This document shows positions 39,971 through 48,667 of a DNA stretch of 64,000 nt, one piece after another. The translations under genes and the position numbers were made by a program. The stretch is from Balneola sp. (GTDB lineage Bacteria; Bacteroidota; Rhodothermia; Balneolales; Balneolaceae), in the NCBI GenBank assembly GCA_965222085.1, contig OZ244952.1, positions 895,079 to 959,078 on the forward strand. The letters are read 5' to 3'. Every line of letters starts with the position of its first letter. The first letter of the stretch is position 1. The notes below the pieces were generated by a model. That model was not told the origin of the DNA, made no database searches, and saw only the letters and a program-made list of their open reading frames with translations.

Positions 39971-40018
39971 TGGGCCCGGAGGGACTTAAACCCCCGACCA
40001 ATCGATTATGAGTCGACT
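39971..40018 (-). other. 3' fragment of a tRNA (anticodon CAU, Met/Ile2-type); candidate att junction
   Basis: Minus strand reads GTCGA-CTCATAA-TCGAT (anticodon arm), TGGTC, GGGGG-TTTAAGT-CCCTC (T arm; T-loop has T where C56 is expected), then CGGGCCC-A (acceptor 3' strand). No D arm or 5' acceptor strand lies upstream. Confidence 0.55.
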
Positions 40019-40112
40019 TATACATTTATCATAAAATATTTTAAAGATTGTTTATGTAAATTATGCACCAGTATTTGTACCAATTTTAAGATTCATTAGT
40101 GAATATATTTCA

Positions 40113-41243
40113 TCACCCCACCACATTCACCAACTCAAAAATAGGCAGATAAAGTGCCACAATTATTGCTCCTAAAATCAGACCAATAAAAACGATAAGT
40201 ACAGGCTCAATAACTGAAGTTAGTCCTTCTACCATAATGTCTACTTCCTCTTCAAACAGATCGGCGACTTGATTAAGCATTTCATCTAGGCTTGCTGTTT
40301 CTTCTCCCACACTGATCATCTGAGTTACGATGATTGGAAATATGACACTATTTTCCAGTGATTTGTTTAGGCTCTTCCCTTTCGTGATTGCTTTGGACAT
40401 TATTTGTACTTCGGAGGTCAATATAGAATTGGTAGAAGAATTCTTAAGAACTCTCATTGACTCCGAAAGTGTTACTCCACTTTGAAGTAGCGTAGCTAAG
40501 GTCTTTGTAAACTGACCTACTAAGCTTTTTTTATAGAGCTCTCCGAAATAAGGAATCCCGAGTTTAGCCCTATCAATCAGATTCGAACCTTTGGGTGTTT
40601 TTGAAAAATAGGTAAATCCAAATATCAAAAGTAAAAGTACTCCTGATATCAAAAGAATATTACCGGTTAAGAACTCACTTATGGATAAAATAATCTTTGT
40701 CGGACCCGGTAATTCTGCATTGAAATCCTGATACATATCTACGAAAGTAGGAACCACAAACACGAGTAGAAATGTTACCGCTGAAACCGCTACTCCTACA
40801 ATTATGGAAGGATACACAAGCGCCATTCGTACTCTTTGCTTTAATTTGTGAGTTTTTTCCTGGTAAGCAGATAAACGAAGTAGTATATCATCAAGGACGC
40901 CCGAGACTTCTCCTGCCTCTGCAAGCTGCACATAAATGGTATCAAAGATCGTGGGGTGTTTTGCAAAAGCTTTAGATAAGCTTTGTCCTTTTTTTACCTG
41001 TTTCCGCACATCTTCTACGATGGTCTTGAATTTTGAATGAGAGATCTGCTTGATGGTTGTATCCAGTGCTTTTACCAGAGGCAGTTTCGCCTTTAACATT
41101 ACCGCCAGATTCCGAGTGAACTCAATCACTTCTTTATCCGGCACTTCTTTAAGAAAAGGAAGTTTAATTTCTTTGGAAAGTAAGCTGGTATTCTTGCTTT
41201 TGCCTTTGCGTTGTTTGGCAATATGTGGAGGTAGATTTCCCAT
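40113..41243 (-). CDS. pilC: Type II secretion system F-family platform protein (PilC/GspF)
   Basis: 376 aa with two T2SSF repeats (FTRNLAVMLKAKLPLVKAL and FTKTLATLLQSGVTLSESM) and three TM segments. Confidence 0.9.
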   Translation of the reverse strand: MGNLPPHIAKQRKGKSKNTSLLSKEIKLPFLKEVPDKEVIEFTRNLAVMLKAKLPLVKALDTTIKQISHSKFKTIVEDVRKQVKKGQSLSKAFAKHPTIFDTIYVQLAEAGEVSGVLDDILLRLSAYQEKTHKLKQRVRMALVYPSIIVGVAVSAVTFLLVFVVPTFVDMYQDFNAELPGPTKIILSISEFLTGNILLISGVLLLLIFGFTYFSKTPKGSNLIDRAKLGIPYFGELYKKSLVGQFTKTLATLLQSGVTLSESMRVLKNSSTNSILTSEVQIMSKAITKGKSLNKSLENSVIFPIIVTQMISVGEETASLDEMLNQVADLFEEEVDIMVEGLTSVIEPVLIVFIGLILGAIIVALYLPIFELVNVVG

Positions 41244-41246
41244 AGG

Positions 41247-41744
41247 TTATTCTCTAACTACCGGTTCCCAATACACCGGATTTCGGGCTTGTACGATTTG
41301 GAAGATCTCAATCTTTCTTCGGCTTGAAACCTGTACCACTTTCCAGCTCATTTTCCTTGAAAGAGATTCTACTTGTTGATCAACATTATCTGGTTTAATG
41401 TACACACTATCTACTTCGTTTCCATTTTGTGAAAGATCTTCGCCATTCAAACTAAGTATTCCTTTTACCCAATTGTACTGCCTTTCTCCTTCGCCCATTT
41501 GAACAACCAGCGAGCTATCTGAAAGCACAACTTCATCGGCTCTCATTACATCCTTGTAGATCTGAGACTGAGCTATGTAAAGATTATTATAGTAGGTTAC
41601 ATCCGAAGACCAGCGGCTTAGCTGCTCATTTGCAAAAACAAATACGGTAGAAGCTATTCCTAATACGATGGAAATAATGGTAATCGCAACCAACACTTCA
41701 ACCAGCGTATAGCCATCTTCTTCTTTAATTAATCTTTGTACCAT
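41247..41744 (-). CDS. Prepilin-type N-terminal cleavage/methylation domain protein (minor pilin)
   Basis: EEDG|YTLVEVLVAITIISIVLG, with Glu at +5. Confidence 0.8.
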   Translation of the reverse strand: MVQRLIKEEDGYTLVEVLVAITIISIVLGIASTVFVFANEQLSRWSSDVTYYNNLYIAQSQIYKDVMRADEVVLSDSSLVVQMGEGERQYNWVKGILSLNGEDLSQNGNEVDSVYIKPDNVDQQVESLSRKMSWKVVQVSSRRKIEIFQIVQARNPVYWEPVVRE

Positions 41745-42085
41745 AGTCGCGATGTTTCTAATTCAATACTTGGTTCCCGTAAGGTATCTCTTTTAAAGGC
41801 CGAAACTGTAATCGTATATAGATCCTGGTATTTGTCTACTTTGGTTTTGATCCACCAGTTTTCATCAATTTTAACGGTGTAAGAACTGTCTGACTCTGTA
41901 GCAATTACCTCTTCCATTTGATTTCTAGCATGATTGAAACTTACTATTTTATCTTTGGTTATGGTATTGCCTCCTATAAAAATAAGAAACATGGTAAGCG
42001 GAACCAGCACAACCAACAACAAAGAAAGTGCCACTAAAGATTCTACCAAACTGTATCCATCTTCTTCCCTAAATAGCTCTTTCAT
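41729..42085 (-). CDS. Prepilin-type N-terminal cleavage/methylation domain protein (minor pilin)
   Basis: EEDG|YSLVESLVALSLLLVVL, with Glu at +5. Confidence 0.8.
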   Translation of the reverse strand: MKELFREEDGYSLVESLVALSLLLVVLVPLTMFLIFIGGNTITKDKIVSFNHARNQMEEVIATESDSSYTVKIDENWWIKTKVDKYQDLYTITVSAFKRDTLREPSIELETSRLWYKD

Positions 42086-43404
42086 TCAGTAACCTCTTTC
42101 CAGTCCAGAATTACGTATTTGGTGGAATCTGAAAACCCAATCGGTACTATATAATCATGTGGGCGTTGGGTAATATCTATTTCAGCGTCCTTGATCCAAT
42201 TTATGTATGTAGTAGGTGATTCGTAAAAAAAGAACTGCTTGGTTAGTACCGCACCATATACCTTTCCGGCTAATTCTGTTTGACCCTGATTGTAAATACT
42301 CCCTCTTACCAAGGCATTTTCATCGATCTTGATCCTGAATTGTTCCCTATTAAACCTTCCTGTTTCGATAGGATATACGAGCGTTCCGTCAACGATGCTT
42401 TCATCTTGTAAGTGAATCACTTCTTGTTGCTCACCCAAAAACGTAGTAGTGGACGTATATACCAAACTAGGATAAGTCAGATACACCTGATCTCTGAGCT
42501 GAATTCTTCCTTTGGATATTAACTGAGCATTCATCGAAACCTGATCCTTCAATTCCAGATATGTTCCGGCACTTAGAATTGTGTGATTAGCAGTAACACT
42601 TCCTCCAATACTCAGGGTATCCTTAGCAATGAATGTCGTATATGTCCCTAAATTCCCCTCTCCGGTAATGGTTAGATTTCCTTCCACTAAGACCACAATA
42701 TCTTTTGGAATCGTATTTGTTTGATTTACACTCCATTCCTGAGAATCAGAAAAGTAAAGAGTATCACCTTCTTGCGACCGAGCCAGTTCGTTAAGATCTC
42801 GTATTACAAATTGACTCTTATTTTCTGACTCAAAAAAAGAAGTATGTCTAGCCATTTGAGCTTCCAAAGATTCATACTTAAAATCCGGAAAGAAATCTCG
42901 CATATTTTTCTTTTTGGCTTCGCCGTTAAAGCTCCCTCGAAATGGAAATCCTTTGAAAGTACTCCGTTCGATTTGATTATATCCTGAGGCTATATCTCCA
43001 TTAATAGTTGTAGTACCTGTCAAACTTAAAGATGAGTTGGTATCTTTAAGTGCAATGGCATAGTCGAATACAGAATCCGTAATTGCTCCTACAAGTACTT
43101 CTAATGTTATTTTCTGCTTTTTTACATGAGAGGATGATCTGATTTTTAAAAACCCGCCATAATTGGATGATGTGATAATTGTTGTTGAATCCGTTTCTCC
43201 TGGCGAATGTAAAAACTCATAGATCTGTTGCTCGGCTTGATACAAGGCTTTAGTCCGGTCAATGTCTTGTTGAATGAATGTGGATTGCACATAAATTCCT
43301 CCCAAAACAGCTCCAATAAAGAGAGTAACAATTAATGCTATTATTAGCACGGTAATAAGAGCTGAACCTTGTTCGTCTGATGCTATTTTTTGAAGTTGTT
43401 TCAC
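42082..43404 (-). CDS. Large pilus-associated protein with a PilX/GspK-like N-terminal anchor
   Basis: EQGSALITVLIIALIVTLFIGAVL lacks Glu+5. The rest (about 400 aa) is periodic and beta-helix-like (TINGDIASG, LTITGEGNLG, SIGGSVTANHTIL). Confidence 0.6.
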   Translation of the reverse strand: MKQLQKIASDEQGSALITVLIIALIVTLFIGAVLGGIYVQSTFIQQDIDRTKALYQAEQQIYEFLHSPGETDSTTIITSSNYGGFLKIRSSSHVKKQKITLEVLVGAITDSVFDYAIALKDTNSSLSLTGTTTINGDIASGYNQIERSTFKGFPFRGSFNGEAKKKNMRDFFPDFKYESLEAQMARHTSFFESENKSQFVIRDLNELARSQEGDTLYFSDSQEWSVNQTNTIPKDIVVLVEGNLTITGEGNLGTYTTFIAKDTLSIGGSVTANHTILSAGTYLELKDQVSMNAQLISKGRIQLRDQVYLTYPSLVYTSTTTFLGEQQEVIHLQDESIVDGTLVYPIETGRFNREQFRIKIDENALVRGSIYNQGQTELAGKVYGAVLTKQFFFYESPTTYINWIKDAEIDITQRPHDYIVPIGFSDSTKYVILDWKEVTE

Positions 43405-43490
43405 ACTCCATAATACTGATTAGCTTTCGTTTATGGAATTGAAAACTCTAAAAATGCTAAATAGAATTGAAACCTGTTAGCAACTCATAT

Positions 43491-43547
43491 AGCTCTTTCA
43501 AGTTTGCAACTTGAAAGTACCAGCTACGGAAGTCTATGACTTCCATC
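43491..43547 (+). repeat. REP-like double-hairpin element, copy 4
   Basis: AGCT-CTTTCAAG-TTTGCAA-CTTGAAAG-TACCAGCTAC-GGAAGTC-TAT-GACTTCC; both stems are perfect. Confidence 0.9.
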
Positions 43548-43561
43548 CATAGCATAATATT

Positions 43562-43945
43562 TCATATTAAAATCTCATCCATTACTAGCAATCCTTTCTT
43601 TTCTTTGTACCATAAAGCACTGCTATATGGATACTCTTCTGGCTTAAAACAAAATCCTTCTTTTACAGGATTATAATGAATGTATTCCATCTTCTGATTA
43701 TAAAATCTATTTGAAGTAATTTCTATTGGTCGATTATCCTGCCTCCAAAATTGATAGGTTTGATTGTTGGAGTTCTCTTTTCCGGCTTTTTTGAACATCC
43801 AAAGCATCCATTTTCTTCGGCTTTCTTTTTTGTTAGTTTCCAAGTCTTTGATGATGGTCTTATGAATACATCAATCCAGTCTACTATGCAAATGTAATGA
43901 AATGAGCTTGTTGATGATTATATATCTTGAAAGGCATTCCATAAT
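43562..43945 (-). pseudogene. Degraded REP-associated tyrosine transposase (RAYT / IS200-like Y1 family)
   Basis: The 93-aa ORF matches the C-terminal half of the family (ESRRKWML..FKKAGKENSNNQTYQFWRQDN...YIHYNPVKEGF..PEEYPYSSA). Upstream fragments AHFITFA and VDWIDVF lie in two other frames, and the central HUH-bearing part is missing. Confidence 0.7.
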
Positions 43946-43966
43946 TTAATAACTGCTGCCTGTAAT

Positions 43967-44025
43967 GCAAGTCGCAGACTTGCTTAACTACTACTCTTTA
44001 AGTCACAGACTTAAGAGAGCTTGGG
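43967..44025 (-). repeat. REP-like double-hairpin element, copy 5 (inverted)
   Basis: GCAAGTC-GCA-GACTTGC ... TTAAGTC-ACA-GACTTAA ... AGAGAGCTTGGGT. Its reverse complement aligns with copy 4. Confidence 0.9.
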
Positions 44026-44041
44026 TAGTTTATCTAATTTT

Positions 44042-44305
44042 CTATTGATCATTATTTAAGTTTTTCAATCTTTTTATCTCCTTTATGAGTCTCGGTATAT
44101 CCTGTTTAGCCTGAGCCATGAAATCAATATCTTCTATACTTGCTCCGTAAAATTCTATATCTTCTCCTCTTTCTTTTCCTTGTCCTGTCTTTATAAAATT
44201 TGAACCACTTGTATGGTCTCTTCCTTCTATATAAGCTTTCCAAGGTCCTTTCTGAGTACTTTTACAACGATTTAAAATTTTATCTAACTCCTCTTCTGAA
44301 ATCAT
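44042..44305 (-). CDS. Small cytoplasmic protein, candidate immunity protein for the RHS toxin
   Basis: 87 aa with no signal peptide. It starts 5 nt after the RHS stop codon. Confidence 0.5.
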   Translation of the reverse strand: MISEEELDKILNRCKSTQKGPWKAYIEGRDHTSGSNFIKTGQGKERGEDIEFYGASIEDIDFMAQAKQDIPRLIKEIKRLKNLNNDQ

Positions 44306-44310
44306 ATTTT

Positions 44311-47300
44311 TTAATCTTTGGTTGGGTTTTTTTTCACAGGGGTCATCAACTCTTCTGCTTTCTCGGGTGATATACCGCTTAACGTTGCATGATTCGGATT
44401 ATTTTTTGTTGGACTTGGGACAACATTACCACCTGCCTTACGAACATCTCCTACAGTTGTAACGCCCACTTTGCTATGTGGTATACCTTCTGATAGCTCT
44501 TTAACTGAAATCCCATTTTTACTATTAACTGAGACACCGTCCAAGTTACCTTTATTGTCTATGCTAACACCTGTTCCATTTTCAAAGTTTTTTGCTTTAT
44601 TTGAACCACCTCTAACAACGAAAGAATTGTCACTTAACTCTCCCAGTTTTTTAGTAGCTCTTTTTGCCTCACCTCCAAAACCAGAAACCAAATCTATTAT
44701 CGCATATACATCATCCCCATTCAGTTCCCCATCAGCAAGTGTTTTTACGTTCTCAACTAACGAAACCACTTCGTCAACGGCAGCGGCTTTAACGTCTAGC
44801 TTACCAGTTTTTTTATACGTTTTATAGCTTCTTTTTGCAATGTTAACCCCCATTTTAACTAATCTCCAAGGAGATCTTCCATCAGGGTCCGTATGTATCA
44901 ATGGATTATTGAATGTATAATTATAAGGACTCCATCCCGGGAATTGATCAGCGAGTGGGTCAATCTGCATGAACCGACCAATAATAGGGTCGTAATTCCT
45001 CGCCATCATGTAATCGATAGTCAATCCAGCTTCATCATCCCGTTCATGCCCGGTAAACTTGTAGTCATCGTTCGGGTTCGCACTGTTGCTACTCCTGCCA
45101 GGCATGGTTAGTCCAAACGGGTAGTAATCATCATACCCATCTACATTCCCTGATTGGTCTACGGTGGTTCTTACCGATCCTAAGTGATCTTTTAGGAAAT
45201 ATCTTCGCTGGGTTCCATCCCACGTACCTACTAGATCTGCTCCCGCAAGAATATTGTGGGATACTATGGATCCACCTTCATACATTGCTATGGTTTCCCC
45301 TCCGGCTCCGCGTACATAATGCGTTTCGGTGCTCCCCATTTTTTTCTTTATACGATTGCCTTCAGAGTCATAGGCATACTGTAGCGTGTTGGCTCCTTTT
45401 ATCAACTGGGCAGGTAAATTTCGCCAGTCATAATCTACCGAAGTAAACCCTTGCAGTTCATTTTTAGTCATGTTGCCATTGGCGTCATGGTCGATATCAA
45501 AATCCAGATAATCTACTTGTTCGGTTATTTTATCAATGCGGTTAGTACCTGTTTCATAGGTCATTCCAAAATAACCGATCCCATCATACCCAATATTTCC
45601 GTTATTATCCCGGCGTAAATACCCTGTGATATTTCCATTATCATCATAATTCATCCATTCCAGATCAAAAGCACTGGAATTGTATCCCGATCCTGAAAAA
45701 TTAGCCGCAGTTAACCGGTTAGCATTATCATAACTGTAACTGTAGCTAAGCAAATTCTGGTTGGTACCACTTGTACCTACCTGCCTCCATTCTTGAAGGT
45801 CAATATTTCCATTAAAGTCGTAATCCAGATTCATACCAAAACGATCTCCGTTAGTCCCTGTGGAGATAGACCCATTATTGATCTTATCTAACCATCCCTG
45901 AACAGTATAGGCGTAATCGACCGTTTGTATGGCACTATTACCAAGTTTCATCTGGCCAACTTGACCATCTGCAAAAAATGAGGTGTACTCGACATCTTTA
46001 ACCCATGTACTTCCATTCGTACTGGTTTCTACTTTGGTCATTCTGCCCATCGCATCGTAGGTGTAACGTTGGTAGAACTCTTCGCCACTCACTCCTGCTT
46101 GGTAATCCATTTGAGTCAAACGGCCAAGTTCATCGTATTCGTATTCAATCTTTTTTTCAGCCAATCCCGGTGGGTCTTGTACTACCCATTCCACCAATCC
46201 CAAACTATTGTAGGAGTACCAGGTGTATCCCCATGAGCTGGCAGACACGCTAAGATCCCGATAGCTTACCTTGGTAAGTCGTCCTTTTTGGTTTTGCGAG
46301 CTTAAGCCGTGTGTTCCGGAATACGCCTGATCACCATCGTAGTAGTACTGAATGTTTGCCTCGTTTCCGGAAGTTGGAAAAGTGTCCGCATCTGGATCAG
46401 CGCTGCTAAAACTAGTACTCCCTGCGTACTCTCCTGTTTCAACTGGGCGGTCTAACTCATCATACTTCGTATATGTAAATATGTCATTAGATTCAAAATC
46501 AAAAGATCCGCTAGTGTAAACGATATCCCCCTGATCCTGAGCTAATCCCTTAAACTCATATGTCCCTGCAGAAACATTGAATGTTTGAGTACTAATGCTT
46601 CCCCATTCTGCTGTAAGTGTATTTGAATAAATCGTTGTATTATCGTCTGTCCGTTTTATAGTAATCGTATAATTTCCTAGATAAAGATCTACCCAAGAAA
46701 AATTAAACGACAGCTCTCCGTTGCTTGTAGCAACAATAGTTTTAGTTGTTGATACACCTCCAACTAAACTCTGTGAAAGATCTTGTTTAGTTGACTTATG
46801 ATTCGGATCATGAACAAACCTAAGCCTCCCTTTTTCATCATATTTGTAATCTACATCATAACCCTGATCAGGAAGTTTCTTACTGGTAAGCTGGCCAAGC
46901 TCATTATACGTATATGTAGTTACAAGGCCACGGGGATCTTCTACTCTTACTAAATTACCTCGTAGGTCATAAACAAATTCTGTAATTAAATCGCAATTAG
47001 AAGAATAGCATGAACTTTTATTCTGACCATCTAGCCTCCCATTCCCATCCATGTCTACCCCACTTGCTATGGTTTGTCCCCAGCCGTCGGTATAGCTTAT
47101 CGTTTTCTTACCATTTGGATCTTCAGATACCGTTTTAGTAAGGGTATTAATTGCCCATGTTTTCGCAGGCATGCTGCCCTGGGCGCTCGTAGCAAAGGTT
47201 TCGGTCGTATTAAGCCCATAGGACGTTTCCATTTCTTTACCACTCCCCATTTTATGGGAAGGCCCGGGAAGCGTACTTTTTACGGTTCTCGCTAGCGGAG

Positions 47301-48648
47301 AATCTTCGTATTCCACTTGAGAATAGGCGTAATCTTCATCGTTATTTGGTAAAGACTGGTATTCGTCTTCAATGGGAGAATTGGAGGGTAAAGCGCTCCC
47401 GGCTACAAATGTACCTGAAGAATTTCCTTCAAACCCGTATTGTTTATACGTCGTTTGATTAGCTATTTGGTACGGTCGAGAAATGACCTCTGGAAGTCCC
47501 CGCTCGTTATAACGGGTGTCGGTAATAATGGTTGTGTTTCCTCCACGAACTTGGGTTTGAATTCCCCTTCCAAGCCCATCCATGTATTGCACCGACTTTG
47601 TAACATTGGAAGAATTATTTGGGTCGTAATGTGTCCAGCTTTCTACCCGATTCGGATCGGCTGGATTATAGCTACTGCTCCCGTCTAGAGAGTAATAATA
47701 TTTATTCGAAGTTACTATTTCACCATTGGAATTGTACACCTCTTCAAGCCTGCCTGAATCATCGTAGGTGAAACGTTGAGTTGCTCCTGATACATCTTTG
47801 ATCGCAACTGGCGCTCTGTGGAGTGGGTCTATCTCTTGGCTTTGAGCTTGGGCCTTTTCCGGATAAATGCGCACGTTGTCGATGTAAAAAGTAGAAGCAA
47901 TACTTGAACGTCCATAATTACCTATTCCAATTGTTTGTATTCCGGTTGTAGCTGTCCTCCCATCCACGGCAGTTTTTACAATTTCACCATTTACATAATA
48001 ATCTACTTTATCGGTAATAGGGTCGGCCACAATTTTTAACGCATAGGTCTCACCAGAAATAAATCCACCTTTGATATCTAAAAAAGTAGATCCATTGTAA
48101 TATTTCCATACTCCATTCCTAAAACTTGTCCATATTAAATTTTCACTTCCTCCATTTCCCCCGGGATAACTACTGCCGCCAGCACTAATAGTCAGTGAAT
48201 AATGATTATCATTTCCAATAACTACATCCATTTCAATAACCGTTCGGTCAGTGTATTCAGTAGCTAATGTAGCTTTAATGTAATCCGCGCTCCAGTTTGA
48301 GCCTACTGTACCAGGGTGATACATTTTCAGTTTTCCTTCATCGATACTCCATCCCGTGGTTACATTATTTCCTGCATTTACAACAGTCCAATCCTCCAAA
48401 CTATCCAGAGCAAAACTGTGTGCAAAAATCTCATCCTTATCTGCATTTTGGAATATCCCAATTGGAACAGTACCGTCTTCGCTCCAATCATAGGAGACCT
48501 TCACCCCTTTGGCGTCCTCAATCTCTAAAGGATTACCAAAGCTGTCATAGGTATTAATTTTTTGCTGAATTATCTGGGCAAATACAACTGGTTGTGATAT
48601 CACAACAAGAAAAAGTGAGCAGAACGTAATTTTAAGTACTGGTTTCAT
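44311..48648 (-). CDS. RHS/YD-repeat polymorphic toxin with a LamG-like N-terminal domain and a variable C-terminal domain
   Basis: Signal peptide MKPVLKITFCSLFLVVISQPVVFAQ (start ATG 48648; the ORF track extends to 48732). Dozens of YD repeats (YxYDxxGRL/GNL), and the RHS core end is YDPIIGRFMQIDPLADQ...NNPLIHTDPDGR. A 187-aa tail of unknown family follows. Confidence 0.9.
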   Translation of the reverse strand: MKPVLKITFCSLFLVVISQPVVFAQIIQQKINTYDSFGNPLEIEDAKGVKVSYDWSEDGTVPIGIFQNADKDEIFAHSFALDSLEDWTVVNAGNNVTTGWSIDEGKLKMYHPGTVGSNWSADYIKATLATEYTDRTVIEMDVVIGNDNHYSLTISAGGSSYPGGNGGSENLIWTSFRNGVWKYYNGSTFLDIKGGFISGETYALKIVADPITDKVDYYVNGEIVKTAVDGRTATTGIQTIGIGNYGRSSIASTFYIDNVRIYPEKAQAQSQEIDPLHRAPVAIKDVSGATQRFTYDDSGRLEEVYNSNGEIVTSNKYYYSLDGSSSYNPADPNRVESWTHYDPNNSSNVTKSVQYMDGLGRGIQTQVRGGNTTIITDTRYNERGLPEVISRPYQIANQTTYKQYGFEGNSSGTFVAGSALPSNSPIEDEYQSLPNNDEDYAYSQVEYEDSPLARTVKSTLPGPSHKMGSGKEMETSYGLNTTETFATSAQGSMPAKTWAINTLTKTVSEDPNGKKTISYTDGWGQTIASGVDMDGNGRLDGQNKSSCYSSNCDLITEFVYDLRGNLVRVEDPRGLVTTYTYNELGQLTSKKLPDQGYDVDYKYDEKGRLRFVHDPNHKSTKQDLSQSLVGGVSTTKTIVATSNGELSFNFSWVDLYLGNYTITIKRTDDNTTIYSNTLTAEWGSISTQTFNVSAGTYEFKGLAQDQGDIVYTSGSFDFESNDIFTYTKYDELDRPVETGEYAGSTSFSSADPDADTFPTSGNEANIQYYYDGDQAYSGTHGLSSQNQKGRLTKVSYRDLSVSASSWGYTWYSYNSLGLVEWVVQDPPGLAEKKIEYEYDELGRLTQMDYQAGVSGEEFYQRYTYDAMGRMTKVETSTNGSTWVKDVEYTSFFADGQVGQMKLGNSAIQTVDYAYTVQGWLDKINNGSISTGTNGDRFGMNLDYDFNGNIDLQEWRQVGTSGTNQNLLSYSYSYDNANRLTAANFSGSGYNSSAFDLEWMNYDDNGNITGYLRRDNNGNIGYDGIGYFGMTYETGTNRIDKITEQVDYLDFDIDHDANGNMTKNELQGFTSVDYDWRNLPAQLIKGANTLQYAYDSEGNRIKKKMGSTETHYVRGAGGETIAMYEGGSIVSHNILAGADLVGTWDGTQRRYFLKDHLGSVRTTVDQSGNVDGYDDYYPFGLTMPGRSSNSANPNDDYKFTGHERDDEAGLTIDYMMARNYDPIIGRFMQIDPLADQFPGWSPYNYTFNNPLIHTDPDGRSPWRLVKMGVNIAKRSYKTYKKTGKLDVKAAAVDEVVSLVENVKTLADGELNGDDVYAIIDLVSGFGGEAKRATKKLGELSDNSFVVRGGSNKAKNFENGTGVSIDNKGNLDGVSVNSKNGISVKELSEGIPHSKVGVTTVGDVRKAGGNVVPSPTKNNPNHATLSGISPEKAEELMTPVKKNPTKD

Positions 48649-48667
48649 AAGGCGTCTCCTGTTTTTC

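Noticed and set aside
39971-40050. Full-length tRNA gene
   Set aside because: Only the anticodon arm, T arm and 3' acceptor strand are present. The ~30 nt upstream cannot form a D arm or pair with the acceptor strand, so it is called a fragment.
44314-44874. ADP-ribosyltransferase-like R-S-E reading of the RHS tail (VVRGG, GVSVNS, AEEL)
   Set aside because: The spacing and the third motif are unconvincing by eye. I leave the tail as an unknown fold pending profile or structure searches.
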